A DNA stretch of 64,000 nt, taken from assembly GCA_963700145.1 (NCBI GenBank), contig OY969474.1, positions 4,928,001 through 4,992,000 on the forward strand, read 5' to 3'. Both the position numbers and the translations under genes were made by a program. Each line of letters begins with the position of its first letter. Position 1 is the first letter of the stretch. Under the pieces are notes generated by a model, which ran no database searches, was not told the origin of the DNA, and was given only the letters and a program-made list of their open reading frames with translations. The DNA comes from an uncultured Acidobacteriota bacterium (GTDB taxonomy: Bacteria; Acidobacteriota; Thermoanaerobaculia; Multivoradales; UBA5704). This document shows positions 11,015-22,200 of the stretch, in pieces.

Positions 11015-12015
11015 CGCGCCGCGGCCGCCGTCCGGGCCAGCGCGGCCTTCTCGTCGTCGCCGAGGAAGGCGACCGCGAGCGCGTTGGCCTGCGCCCGGCG
11101 CGCCAGCTCCGGGGTGACGCCGCAGGCGGGAGCGGCCACGCGGTACTCGTAGGGCAGGTCGATGCCGCTGATGCCGGGGTCGTCGGTGTTGAGCGTGGCG
11201 CGGAGCCCGCGCTCGAGGAAGGCGCGCAGCGGGCTCCCGGCGTAGCCGCGGACGGTGCTCGTCTGGACGTTGCTCGTCGGGCAGACCTCGAGGCCGATGC
11301 CGCGCTCGGCGAGGTGGTCGAGGAGCGCCGGGTCCTCGGCGGCGCGCACGCCGTGGCCGATCCGCTCCGCCCCCAGCTCGCGCAGCGCCTGCCAGACGCT
11401 CGCCGGCCCCGCCGCCTCGCCGGCGTGGACCGTGATCCGCCAGCCGGCGTCGCGGCCGCGCCGGAAGTGCTCGACGAAGAGGTCGCCCGGAAAGCCCGCC
11501 TCGTCGCCGGCCAGGTCGAGGGCGACGAGGCGGTCGCGCTGGGTCAGGAGCGCCGCCAGCTCCTGCTCGGCGATGTCGGGGCCGTAGGTGCGCGAGAGGA
11601 TCCCGATCAGCCCGACCGGCACCCCGAAGTCGCGCACGCCGGCGGCCACCCCGTCGGCGACCGCCTCGACGACCCCCGCCGGGTCGAGCCCGTGCGGCTC
11701 GGCCATGAACCAGGGCGAGAAGCGCAGCTCGACGTACGCGAGCCCCTCGCGCGCCGCGTCCTCGACGTTCTCGTAGGCGACGCGCCGGCAGGCGTCGTAG
11801 TCGGCCAGCACGCCGACCATCCACTTGAACTTGCCGATGAAGGACATGAGGTCCGGCTCGGGCTCGACCACCTGCACGTGCGGCCGCAGCCCCTCCTCGT
11901 CCCAGGCGGGGAGCGGGAGATCGTGCTTGCGGCCGAGGTCCAGGATCGTCGAAAGACGGACCGAGCCGTCGAGGTGGCGATGGAGGTCGATCAGCGGGAG
12001 CGCGGGATCGATCAC
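11011..12015 (-). CDS. add: adenosine deaminase
   Basis: [24 protein letters not shown] and LNTDDP. Start placed at GTG 12015. Confidence 0.92.
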   Translation of the reverse strand: MIDPALPLIDLHRHLDGSVRLSTILDLGRKHDLPLPAWDEEGLRPHVQVVEPEPDLMSFIGKFKWMVGVLADYDACRRVAYENVEDAAREGLAYVELRFSPWFMAEPHGLDPAGVVEAVADGVAAGVRDFGVPVGLIGILSRTYGPDIAEQELAALLTQRDRLVALDLAGDEAGFPGDLFVEHFRRGRDAGWRITVHAGEAAGPASVWQALRELGAERIGHGVRAAEDPALLDHLAERGIGLEVCPTSNVQTSTVRGYAGSPLRAFLERGLRATLNTDDPGISGIDLPYEYRVAAPACGVTPELARRAQANALAVAFLGDDEKAALARTAAAAR

Positions 12016-12064
12016 GGGCGGCGGGACTATACTCCCGCGGTTTTGTACCAAGCCGGAGCCCGAG

Positions 12065-13129
12065 ATGCCAACCTCTTCAGTCCGCCTGACCGCCGCCGCC
12101 CTCCTCCCACTAGTCCTCGCCGCCTGCTCGGCGGCGCCTCCGCCCGCGGCGGCGCCACCGGCCGCGAAGCCCGACGAGCCGCAGCGCGTCTCCCTCCTCT
12201 GTCACGAGGGCGCCCGCGCCGCGCTGTTCGACCAGATGGGAGTGCCGGCAGGGGAGCGGCCGGAGCAGGTGGCGCTGGGGGCGGAGCACGTGTGGGTCCG
12301 CTTCGAGAGCGGGCGGCTCCTGCGGCTCACCCTGGCGGGCACCAAGGTGGACGTGGAGATGCGCCTGCCGGAGCCCGGCGAGCGCTGGACGGCGATGGAC
12401 GTGGACCCGGCCGACGGCTCGATCTGGCTGGCGTCGGACCAGCTCCGTCTGGTCCGGATCACGCCCGCCGGGGTCTCTTCACGCATCCCGCTGCAAGGGA
12501 TCACCGGCACGAGCGACTTCCGGGACCTGCGGCTGGAGGGCGACACGGTCTGGGCGGTGCCGATCTGCGCCGGCTACCGCCTGCTCCGCTTCGACCGGAC
12601 GGGGCGGCTGCGCGGCACCGCCCTCCGCATCGAGCCGCGGCCCCAGGGTACCGTCGAAGACATCCAGGAAACCTCCCGCCTCGGCTGCGGCGGCGTGCTC
12701 CTCGAGCGCGACGCCGCGGGGCGCCTGCTCGCCTTCAACCCCGTGGAGCAGCTGACCTACGAGCTCGACGCGCAGGGGGAGTGGGTGGCGAGCGCGAGCC
12801 CGCTGTTCGCCGGCTTTCCCGACTACGAGAGGAGCGTGGTGCAAGGGGTGGACGTCGGCGGCGCCGACGAGCAGTGGTACGTCGGCGGGGACGCCACCGA
12901 CCTCTTCCTGTGGAAAGGACGGCCGGTGTTCCTCGGCCCCGCGGCGTCCGGCAACCGCGTCTCGCGCGTCTTCATCGTGCCCACCGCCGGCGGCGGCACG
13001 AACGCGCTCGTCGAGAGCTGCTACGGCAACCTGATCCTCGATGTCGCCACCGACGGCCGGCGCTACGCCGCGATCACCGAGCGCACCGTCGTCTTCGGCG
13101 ACGTCGCCTCCGCCCCTGACCTACCGTAA
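12065..13129 (+). CDS. hypothetical lipoprotein, beta-propeller-like
   Basis: Lipobox VLAAC after a hydrophobic leader, then repeated short beta-strand motifs. Confidence 0.65.
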   Translation: MPTSSVRLTAAALLPLVLAACSAAPPPAAAPPAAKPDEPQRVSLLCHEGARAALFDQMGVPAGERPEQVALGAEHVWVRFESGRLLRLTLAGTKVDVEMRLPEPGERWTAMDVDPADGSIWLASDQLRLVRITPAGVSSRIPLQGITGTSDFRDLRLEGDTVWAVPICAGYRLLRFDRTGRLRGTALRIEPRPQGTVEDIQETSRLGCGGVLLERDAAGRLLAFNPVEQLTYELDAQGEWVASASPLFAGFPDYERSVVQGVDVGGADEQWYVGGDATDLFLWKGRPVFLGPAASGNRVSRVFIVPTAGGGTNALVESCYGNLILDVATDGRRYAAITERTVVFGDVASAPDLP

Positions 13130-13138
13130 GGGGATCCG

Positions 13139-13561
13139 ATGAAACTCGACATCTATCTCAATTACGCCGGCAACTGCGAGCAGGCGTTTCGCTTCTACGA
13201 GCAGCACCTCGGCGGCAAGATCGCGTCGATGATGCGGCACGGCGAACAGCCGAGCCAGGGCAACATCCCGGCCGACTGGAACAACGCCATCCTGCACGCC
13301 CGCCTGGAGATCGGGGGGACGGTGCTCATGGGAGCGGACATCCCCGGGGCCGAGCCCATGCGCAGCGCCTATCTGACCCTCACTCTGGACAGCGCCGAGG
13401 AAGCCGAACGCGTCTACGCCCTGCTGTCCGACGGCGGCCAGATCTTCATGAAGATGGAGGAGACGTTCTTCGCCTCGCGCTTCGCGATGCTCCGCGACAA
13501 GTTCGGCACCTCCTGGATGCTCCTCCACCAACGCCAGGCGGCAGAGCGCCCGAGCGAGTAG
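13139..13561 (+). CDS. VOC/PhnB-family protein
   Basis: YLNYAGNCEQAFRFY, ILHARL and RFAMLRDKFGTSW. Confidence 0.88.
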   Translation: MKLDIYLNYAGNCEQAFRFYEQHLGGKIASMMRHGEQPSQGNIPADWNNAILHARLEIGGTVLMGADIPGAEPMRSAYLTLTLDSAEEAERVYALLSDGGQIFMKMEETFFASRFAMLRDKFGTSWMLLHQRQAAERPSE

Positions 13562-13584
13562 CGCGGCGCCGAGCGCCGGATCGT

Positions 13585-13965
13585 TCACTGCCGCGCCGCG
13601 AGGAGCGCGTAAGCGCAGGCGCTCCCCACCATGACCACGCCCCCCCAGAGCGAGACGGGGAGGAGGTAGGAGGCGTCGCTGCCGTCGGTCACGATCAGGT
13701 ACACCCACTCGTCGAGCGCCAGGCTCAGCCCGATGCCGAAGACCCCGGCGCAGACGTCGAGCAGGCACTCGGGGCCGCGCCGCACGGCCAGCGGCACGCC
13801 GCCGGCGGTGATCAGGAGGAGGCCGGTGAAGAGGTGGTGGACGTTGTAGCCGGCGACGTCGAGGTTCGACTCCGGTGAAGCGTGGAGGAGCAGGCGGAAG
13901 AGCGCGAACGGCAGGACGAGCGCGAGCAGGAAGAGCCGCAGGCGGCGGCGATCGGTGGCCGGCAT
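13585..13965 (-). CDS. hypothetical membrane protein
   Basis: Four hydrophobic segments with VHHLFTG and LALDEW motifs. Confidence 0.7.
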   Translation of the reverse strand: MPATDRRRLRLFLLALVLPFALFRLLLHASPESNLDVAGYNVHHLFTGLLLITAGGVPLAVRRGPECLLDVCAGVFGIGLSLALDEWVYLIVTDGSDASYLLPVSLWGGVVMVGSACAYALLAARQ

Positions 13966-14004
13966 GGCGGACCCGGCGGAGTCTAGCCGAGGCGCTTGAG
14001 AGCC

Positions 14005-14559
14005 CTAGGAACCGGCGGCGACGGCCGTCACGGGAGCGGGCCGGGGCGCGACCAGAAGCGAGTAGGGATTGATCGCGCCGCCGCCCGGGGCATAGACGCC
14101 GTAGTGGAGGTGCGGTGCACCGCCGGCGGCGTTGCCGCTGTTGCCGACGTAGCCGATGACCTCGCCGGCCTCGACCCAATCGCCCGGACGCGGCGCCGCC
14201 CAGTCGTCGAGGTGCGCGTAATAGTGGCGGTAGCCGCCCGGCCCGAGGACGCTCACCACGCGCCCGCCCAAGCCCAGCTCGCCGCGCTGGATGACGATCC
14301 CCGGCGTGGCGCTCCCGACCGGCGTGCCCCGGTGCGCGAAGATGTCGATCCCTTCGTGCAGCCGGCCGCCGCTCCGCGGATCGCCGAAGCTGTCGTAGAC
14401 CTTGGCGGCGGCGATCCCGGCCACCGGCACCGGCAGCCAGACCGGCGGCGCGTCGTGCAGCAGCGAAAGCCTCCGCCCGCCCTCCCGCAACGTAGGCAGC
14501 GAGCAGGCAGCAAGCGCCGCAATGGCGGCGAGGGCGACGAAACGGACGGCGGTGCGCAT
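14005..14559 (-). CDS. M23 family metallopeptidase lipoprotein
   Basis: HEGIDIFA (HxxxD), YYAHL and PHLHY (HxH), with lipobox LAAC. Confidence 0.9.
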   Translation of the reverse strand: MRTAVRFVALAAIAALAACSLPTLREGGRRLSLLHDAPPVWLPVPVAGIAAAKVYDSFGDPRSGGRLHEGIDIFAHRGTPVGSATPGIVIQRGELGLGGRVVSVLGPGGYRHYYAHLDDWAAPRPGDWVEAGEVIGYVGNSGNAAGGAPHLHYGVYAPGGGAINPYSLLVAPRPAPVTAVAAGS

Positions 14560-14746
14560 GAGACGGCCCCAGCAACAGCTTTCAGCGCCGCGATATGCCC
14601 GCGGCCCCCTCGGCAAGCCCGTCCTCGTCCTCTGGAAGGGACAACTTTCTGGAAGGGAAGCTCCCTCTCGGTTGAGGACAACGGGACTGACGCCCGGCAC
14701 AAACGCGGAGCCTGTCAAGCCCGTTGAGACAGAGTTCAGAGAGAAA

Positions 14747-15756
14747 TTAGGGAAGTTTCGTCGGGGTGTCCTCCTGGGGTGGGTTGATCCAGACGGCCTG
14801 GGGCAGCTGCCGGGGACGGGGTACGCGGTGGAAGCGTTCTGGGTGGGCGGCGTAGGCCGCACGGAGGACCTCGGCGCGGCGGGTGAGGATCTCGGGAGCG
14901 CGGCCGAAATGGACGTCGGCGGGGGTCAGCAGCGCCAAGCCGGAGTGGTGGTGCTGGTGGTTGTACCAGGGGAAAAAGCCGCGGCAGAAGAGCCGGCCTT
15001 GCTCGAGCGAGCCAAAGCGATCGGGAAACAGCGGGTGGTACTTCAGGGTCTTGAGCTGAGCCTCGGAGTAGGGGTTGTCGTTGCTGGTGTGGGGACGGCT
15101 GTGGCTGTTGAAGATGCCGAGGTCGGCCAGCAGCTGGGCCACCGACTTCGACGTCATGCTCGGGCCGCGATCGGCGTGCAGCGTCAGCGCGCCCGCGACT
15201 ACGGGATACTTGGCGAGGGTCTCGGCAAGCAGACGCTGAGCGAGCAGCTCACTCTCGCGTTGGCCAGCAGCCGGCCGACGACGTAGCGGCTGAAGATGTC
15301 GAGCACCACGTAGAGGCTGTAGTGGATCCCCTTGGCCGGCCCGCGGAGCTTGGTGATGTCCCAGGACCAGACCTGGTTGGGGCCGGTGGCCAAGAGCTCG
15401 GGCTTGCGGTAGAGAGGGTGGCGCAGCTGGTGGCGTCGCTCCCGTACCTCCCCCTGGCGCGCCAGCAGGCGGTACATGGTGCGCACCGAGCAGAGGTAGT
15501 CGCCGTCGTCGAGCAGGGTGGCGTAGACCTCAGCGGGTGAGGCGTCGACAAAGCGCGGGCTGTGGAGGATCGCCAGCGTCTGCCGGCGTTCGTCGGCGCT
15601 CAGAGCCCGCGCCGGCGTGGGGCGGGGCGGCGGCGGCCGCCGAGGCCCGCCGCGGGCCTGGCGGCGGTGACGGTCCAGCGACGAGCGCGGCACACCCAGA
15701 GCCGTGCAGGCCCTCTGGACCCCGACGCGCTCGGCCAGCGCGGGCACAGCGCTCAT
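14747..15756 (-). pseudogene. IS3-family OrfB (rve integrase), frameshifted
   Basis: PNQVWSWDITKL..DIFSRYVVG in one frame and RESELLAQRL..LHADRGPSMTS..SNDNPYSEA in another. One base is missing near 15260. Confidence 0.85.
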
Positions 15757-16181
15757 GCGCTCGTCTCGTCCTCGTCGGGTGCGGTCAGGCGGATGCCCAG
15801 CACCTCCGAGAGTTTTTTTTGCACCTCGACGATGGCCTCGGCCTGCTGCAGCGCGCGCTGCAGGCGCTGGTTGTCGCGCTCGAGCCGGCGCAGCTGCTCG
15901 CGCAAGGCCGTGTCGGGGTCGGGTTTGCGCCCGCGCGGACGACCGAGAGCTGCGGCACCCCCCTGCCGGCGCAGGGCACGCCAGCGGCCGAGATGGGAGG
16001 CGTACAGTCCTTCCCGCCGCAACAGAGCGCCGATCTCGCCGCGGTCCTGGCAGCGGTCGGCCTGCTCGAGGATGCGCAGCTTGTAGGCGGCCGAAAACTG
16101 GCGCCGCCGGGCCTTGGGCTCGACCTCGGAATCCGGCAGCGGAGGCAGCGGTTCAGCATACGCCGGGGTGGCTGGGGAGGG
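15753..16181 (-). pseudogene. IS3-family OrfA, 5'-truncated
   Basis: EVEPKARRRQFSAAYKLRIL..GALLRREGLYASHL. No start codon before the IS256 end. Confidence 0.75.
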
Positions 16182-17638
16182 GGGATGCCCCGTTCCCTGT
16201 TGAAAGCCGAAAGAGGGAAAGCGGCTCGGTTGATCATGCCACGGCCTTGGTGTTCGTCGGTTCCTCGATCGCCGCGAGCGCGAGCTCGAGAGCCCCGAGG
16301 TGCCGATGTCCCTTGACACGCCGGAAGCCAGCCTCCGCGTCACACAGCGCCAGGGCGACCCAGCGCAGCACCATGTCGCCGCCGCGCCAGCGCTTGACGT
16401 TGCGCGTCGTCGTACGGATCGAGCCGATCGTGTTCTCGATCGCGTTGGTCGAGGCGAGCAACCGGCGCAGAGCGTCGGGCAGCTTCAGCCGCAAGGCGGT
16501 GAGGGTCTCGTCGAGGCCCTCGCGCAGGCTGCCCGCGGCGCCCGCGTGGCCTGCGTGCTCGAGCCAGCGGGCAAGCTGCTCGAGGCGACGCTTGGCGAGG
16601 TCGAAGCGAGCGCTCTGGTAGGCCTCGACCATCAGGCGGTCGACCCGGGCTTGGAGCTGCTTGGGCAGGTGGTCGCGGACGTTGCGGCGCTTGTGGAGCT
16701 GGCAGCGCTGGACGTGGGTTGCGTCCCCGAAGACGGCGCGCACGGCCTTGCGCAGCCCCTTGCCGCCGTCGAGCACCGCCAAGAAGCGCGGCGGCATCGC
16801 GAGGCCTCGCTCCAACAGCTCCTGGAGCAGGCCGGTACAGAGCGCCGCGTTCTCCGTCGCGCCTTCACGCAGGCCGAGCACCCGCTTGGTCCCGTCGCGC
16901 GCGATGCCGAGTGCCACCACCAGGGTGTGGCCGGCCACCTCCAGCCCGTCGATCATCAGGATCAGGGGCTGGAAGTCCGACAGGTCTCGGCGCAGCCACG
17001 CGTCCAGCAGACGACGCGTCCCCGCCACCAGCCGGCGCTGGACCGCACTCTTGCTCGTCGCGCGCTCCGGCACCGACTCTGCGAGCGGCTCCAAGCTCCG
17101 ACCGTAGCGGCGCTACGAGACGCCGACCAGCGCCTGCTCGATCACCCGCTCCGTGAAGGGATCTTCGTCCTGAAAGGCGCGCACCGAAGGCAAGCTCATC
17201 TCGCCACCGTCGCGTCGCCGGACGCGCGGTCGCGGCAGCGCCACCTGGCGGCCACCCAGCACGAACTCGCTCGCCGTCGAGCCCCAGCGGTACGCCTCGC
17301 GGGTCGGATTGCGCCGACGCTTCGGACCGACGACGGCCTCGACCTCGTCCGCGAGCTGCCGCCCCAGGGCCTCGACGCCCGCGGCGTGAAACAGCTCCAG
17401 CAGCCCCTGGCGGCTGGCCTCGATGCCCTCGACCATCGGCCGCAGCAGCGCTTGTAGCCCGTGGCTGATGCGCGCCGCACGGCCCCCTTGCCACACCACC
17501 CGCCTTTCTGCTCTCGTCTTCATCACGGCTCCTTGGCCCCCTGGCGGGGCCGGTTATTCGACCAACCCGATTCTCGATCAGGTGGGCCGAGGAGCCGCCT
17601 TCACCTCATTGCTCTTTCAACAGCGGGAGGGACAACCC
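16182..17638 (-). mobile_element. IS256-family insertion sequence
   Basis: Imperfect terminal inverted repeats GGGATGCCCCGTTCCCTGTTGAAAG (16182) and GGGTTGTCCCTCCCGCTGTTGAAAG (reverse strand from 17638) enclose a mutator-type transposase. Confidence 0.85.
16234..17526 (-). pseudogene. IS256 (mutator) transposase with in-frame TAG
   Basis: LMIDG, LDGGKGL, QRCQLHKRRN and STNAIE motifs. GVS*RRY at 17113-17115 joins two in-frame ORFs. Confidence 0.85.
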
Positions 17639-17639
17639 C

Positions 17640-18469
17640 CGCCTCTGACTTTCGGCATCTTCGCGACCATCGGCGACGGCGACCACCAGACGCGAGAGGG
17701 TGGTAGCGGAATCTTCGTAGCACCCTTTCTTGCAATCACCGCGCGGCACGTCACTGATGACCTCTACCGCATAGCTGGCCGCGAGGCGCCTCGCTGGCTC
17801 CATCTCAGCGAGCATGCGGGCCACCTATTCCAGGTTCTTGATCCTTTCCATCCCGACACGAGCTCGAAAGCTCTCTGGCGCGTTAATCGGTCCTGGACAT
17901 CACCTCTTACCGACATGGCCCTACTTCAGGTCTCAGCGGAGAGCGAGGCTGCCAGGGAGCTCCAGAGGAACATGCCGAAGTTCTTTGAATGGCGCCTATG
18001 TCCACCCCCGGTTGGGGCGACAGTTTGGGCGATCGGCTACCCACGCCATAGTGTGACGCCGGTCGACAAGGGCGTTGACATCGGTGCGCCCTTTACGGTT
18101 CATGAGCTGCACGTTACCGAGATCTTCCTCCTCTATCGAGACAGAGGGATGCTGAACTTCCCATGCTTCGAGGTTGATGCCTCAGTCGATCACGGCTTCA
18201 GCGGTGGACCCGTGTTCTATGAGGGGAAGCTCTGCGGCACGATTTCAAGTGGGAGCGGCTTCGATAAGCGGTCGTATGTTGCCCTGCTTTGGCCACTCGC
18301 TCTCATGGACTACGACAATGAAATCAAACAACGGACGCGGTTCGGTGATCTCTTGGACCGGGAAGTGATCGTCTCCAACTGCTGGCAAGAACTCCGAACG
18401 CGAATCTCGAAGGGCGAGGATGAGCTCGGTAACCCTCGCGTCTTCATCGAACCATCTCGCACGGAGTGA
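17640..18469 (+). pseudogene. trypsin-like serine protease, probably 5'-truncated by IS256
   Basis: GSGIFVAP..ITARHV, TDMALL and GFSGGPV (His-Asp-Ser). Lower GC. The frame runs back into the IS end with no own start. Confidence 0.65.
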
Positions 18470-18559
18470 AGGTGCGCTTCCAAGGCGGCGTACGGCCACC
18501 TGCCGCGGTCCTAGCCGGGCGCCATCACTCGGCCCTGTTGACTGCTCCTTGAGAGCCCG

Positions 18560-18958
18560 TCACCGGCGCTCGCGTAAGAAGCCGGCCGGCCGCAGCACCA
18601 GGACTCCCGCCAGACGTTGGCCGAAGTACCGGCCGAAGGCTCGTAGATCACCCGAGAGCAGGTGCGACGCTCGCATCGCGATCGCCGCTGCGAGGATCGG
18701 CTGATCGTCCTCCGGCAAGTCGACTTCCGCGGGAAGCCGCGGCTCGTCCCCGGAAGGAAGACCGATCTCGACGGCGTCCTGCAGGCGCCGGAGGCGTTGC
18801 AGCTGCTCGGGTGATTCGAGGTTGCGGCTCGCCTCCTCCAGGGCGTAGGAAGAGGTCAGGAGCGCTACGTCCTCGAGCTGCCAGAGGCGGTGCAGGGAAG
18901 TCTCGGCGCGGTAGGCGGCCGAGAACAGGACGTTGGCGTCGAGGAAGACCCGATCCAC
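18560..18958 (-). CDS. PIN-domain toxin (VapC-like)
   Basis: VFLDANVLFSA, DDQPILAAA and LLSGD acidic motifs. Confidence 0.88.
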   Translation of the reverse strand: MDRVFLDANVLFSAAYRAETSLHRLWQLEDVALLTSSYALEEASRNLESPEQLQRLRRLQDAVEIGLPSGDEPRLPAEVDLPEDDQPILAAAIAMRASHLLSGDLRAFGRYFGQRLAGVLVLRPAGFLRERR

Positions 18959-18961
18959 GGG

Positions 18962-19249
18962 TCAGGGACGGCGGTGAGGGATCTGCTCCGGGTCGAGCCC
19001 CATCCGGCGAACCTCCTCGACCGCGCCGGCGTAATCCTCCGCATCGACGCTGTTGTTGAGCAGGAACTCGGCCTTACGCTCCGGCGTATAGACCTCGAGC
19101 GGCAACGCAGTCGCCGGTCGGATGGTCAACCCGTCTGGCCCCTCTTCCAGCAGAACCAGCGTCCCTTCCACCAGCCCCAAGCGCTGACGCAGCCGCGCCG
19201 GGATCACGACGGTGCCCCGCTTGCCGATTTTGGCCGTCTCCGAGCTCAT
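18962..19249 (-). CDS. AbrB/MazE/SpoVT-family antitoxin
   Basis: KIGKRGTVVIPARLRQRLGL..GLTIRP, directly upstream of the PIN gene. Confidence 0.88.
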   Translation of the reverse strand: MSSETAKIGKRGTVVIPARLRQRLGLVEGTLVLLEEGPDGLTIRPATALPLEVYTPERKAEFLLNNSVDAEDYAGAVEEVRRMGLDPEQIPHRRP

Positions 19250-22200
19250 GGACTCAGAGTAACAGACTGCTCCACACGCTCCGCCAGCGGACGCAGGAGC
19301 CGGAGGGCGGGGCGGGTGTTGTAGCGCTCGCGGTAGGCGCGGTGCTCGGGGCCGTCGGGGAAGCGCTCGCTCTCCGGGTAGGGGTACTGGCTCATGCCGT
19401 GGAAGGGGAGGGGCTCGACGGTCTGCGAGTAGGCGGTGTTGGCGTCGCCGTCCTTGGCCCAGCCGTCGACCCAGAGGAGGAAGTCGCGGCGCCAGCCGGG
19501 CGGGAGCGGCGGCAAGGTGCGGGCGTCGAAGCGGAGGCGCAGCTCGTCGCCCGAGCCCATCACCACCATGCGGTCGTCCACCGCCGCCAGCAGCTCGCGC
19601 ACGCCGCCGTAGCGGGTGTAGAGGCCCGGCGTCGGGTTCCACATCGAGACCGGCATCCAGCTCTGGTAGTCGAACGACTCGGGCTGCTTCCGCTCCGGGT
19701 GGATGACCGGCCGCGAGAAGCCGCGGAAGCTCAGGTCGGCGCTCTCGGCCGGCACCTCGGCGAGCGCCAGCGGCGGCTCGCCGGCCGCCTCGGCCAGGAA
19801 GATTTCGTCCCAGTAGACGCAGAGGCTGGTGACGATGCGCACCGCACGCGCCGCCGACAGCCACTTGACGGTGAGGTCCACGACGATTGTCTTCGGCTTG
19901 CCGGCCGGGATGCCCATGTCCTCGAGCACCGTCTTCCAGGCGCCGCGCTCGTCCTTGACCTGGAGGTAGGGCATCACCAAGCCGCCGGGCGCGGCCTGCG
20001 CGGCGCCCAGGAAGGTGCTGCCGTCCGCCCAATCGACCCAGCCGGAGAGGACGAGGAGCGCCCGGCCGTCCGGCGCCGCGCCGCCGAAGTCGAGCTCCAG
20101 GTGGTGCAGCTCGGCGATGCCGGCGTGGTCGCGGCGGAAGGCGTCGGGGTAGGCGCGGTCACGGGCGAGGAGGCGCGGCAGGACGTCGTTGCCGAGGTGG
20201 TCGCGCGCCGCCACCGGCGGCAGCCGCCGCTCGACCCCGAAAAGCCGGAACTCGGGGAACGGCGGGCCCTTGAACTTGTCGTTGGTGAGGACCTCCACCG
20301 CCGCCGGGTGATCGACCGCCAGCAGCCGCACCTGGTCGAGGTAGGCCACTTCGCGCAGCTCCTCGGTGATGCGCACCTCGTAGCGGCCGTCCACGGCGGC
20401 GAGCGCCGCGCCGGGCACCTGGATCACCTCGTCGTGGTCGACCGGGAAGTACTGGCCGTCGCCGGCGCTGGCCCCGAGCGGCGCCACGCCGAGCACGTCG
20501 GTGATGAACTCGAAACGCTCACCGTTCCAGGTGAAGATCATCGGGCAGGAGCCGGAGAGGCGCGGCGCCTCCTTGAAGGCCAGGAGCTCGCCCGCGGCCC
20601 GCTTCGGCTCGTTCTGGATGAGGCCGTTCGGCCAGGTGATGCGGACGGTGTCGGCCTCGGGCCGCGCGCCCAGCCCGAAGTGGAGCGGCACGCCGGCGTA
20701 GTGCTTCTTCTGGAAGCTGGTGCCCGCCTTGACCTCCACCTCGGCGCCGGCGGCGAGCTTCAGGTTCTTGACCCCGTCGAGCGCCACGGCGAGCCAGCGG
20801 TGGCCGTTCTCGGTGCGGTTGGCGAGGAGGCGCAGGGCGCCGTCGGCACCGAGGGCGGCCAAGTCCACGCGGCCGTCGGCGTCGAAGTCGGCCGCGGCGG
20901 CGGCCGCCGCCGGGAAGCCGGGCGGCGCCTGTGGCTCGCCGAAGCCGCCGCCGCCGAGGTCGGAGCGGACGCCGGCGGCGGTCGCGAGGTCGCCCGCGCC
21001 CCGGTTGCCGAAGTCGGCGAAGGCGAAGGGAGCCTGGGTCAGAGAGGAGCCCGCCGCCGGCCGCAGCTCGCCGGCGAAGCTCCGCGCGTTGAGCAGCACG
21101 CCGGCGGACGAGACCAGGTCAGTCCAGCCGTCGCGGTCGACGTCCGCCGCGACGAGGCCGCGCGCACCGGCCGGCAGCGCCGGCAACTCCTCCACCTCGA
21201 ACCGGCCGCCGAGCCGGTCGCGGTAGAGGACGCCGGGCCGCCCGGCGAAGGAGACCGCCACGTCGATCCCCTGGCTGTCGGCCACCAGGTCGAGGGCGGC
21301 GGCGTCCAGCGCCTCGCCGGCGACGAAGGGGAAGCGCGCGGTCTCGTCCCCCCACCCAGCCCCCGGTGGTCCGGGCGCCGCCGGCGGCTCCCCCCGTTGC
21401 GCGGGCGTCGGCTGGACCAGATGGTCGGCGCCCTGGTTGCGCAGCAGGCGCGAGTCCTTCCCGAGCAGCAGCAGGTCGAGGTCGTAGTCGTGGTCGAAGT
21501 CGAGCCAGAGGCATTTCAGGTAGGGGCCGGCTGGCAGCGGGGCCGTGACGCGTGTGAAGCGGCCGCCTCCGTTGCGCCAGAGCGCCGCGCCCGGCGCCTC
21601 GCCGCCGGTGAGCACGCAGAGGTCGGCGAGCCCGTCGTTGTCGAAGTCGCCGGGCACGACCGCGACCGCGCCGCGCACCCCCTCGAGCCCGCTCTCCCTC
21701 GGCTCGTTCCCACCTGAAAACAGCTTCGCTCCATTCTCGTCCCAGGCCAGCAGGTCCGGTCGCCGGTCGCCGTCCGCGTCCAGCACGGCCAAGCCCCCGC
21801 CCGTCTTCACTCTCGCGCCCAGCTCCTTCGCCTCCCACGCGAGCGGCCCCGGCGCCGCCGCCGGCTCCCGCGACTCGGGCGGGTCGTAGAGCTCCGCGTA
21901 CCAGCTCCAGTCCACGTCCTCCGGCACCGCCGCGTTCTTCTGCAGCTCCTTGAGGCGGTCGAACTCGGCCTTGACCCGCGCCGCGTCCGCTTCCCGTCCC
22001 GCCTGCCGGTAGACGTTCCAGAGCTGGAAGCGCGGCGCCGCGAAGTTGGGGTCGAGGGCCGCCGCGCGCTCGAAGTGCGGCAGGGCCCTTTCGGCCGCGC
22101 CGGTCAGCTTGTAGAGGTAGCCCAGGTTGTAGTGCGAGATCGGCTCGTCCGGCACCAGCTCGACCATCCTCTCGAACTGCGCCAGCGCCTTCTCGTACTG

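Larger units (their letters stand above)
14705..16181 (-). mobile_element. IS3-family insertion sequence, degraded; its 5' end is lost at the IS256 junction
   Basis: orfA/orfB pair with ATGA overlap and an A8 slippery run (T8 at 15813-15820 on +). Putative terminal repeat gcggagcctgtcaagcccgttgagacag near 14705. Boundaries approximate. Confidence 0.8.
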
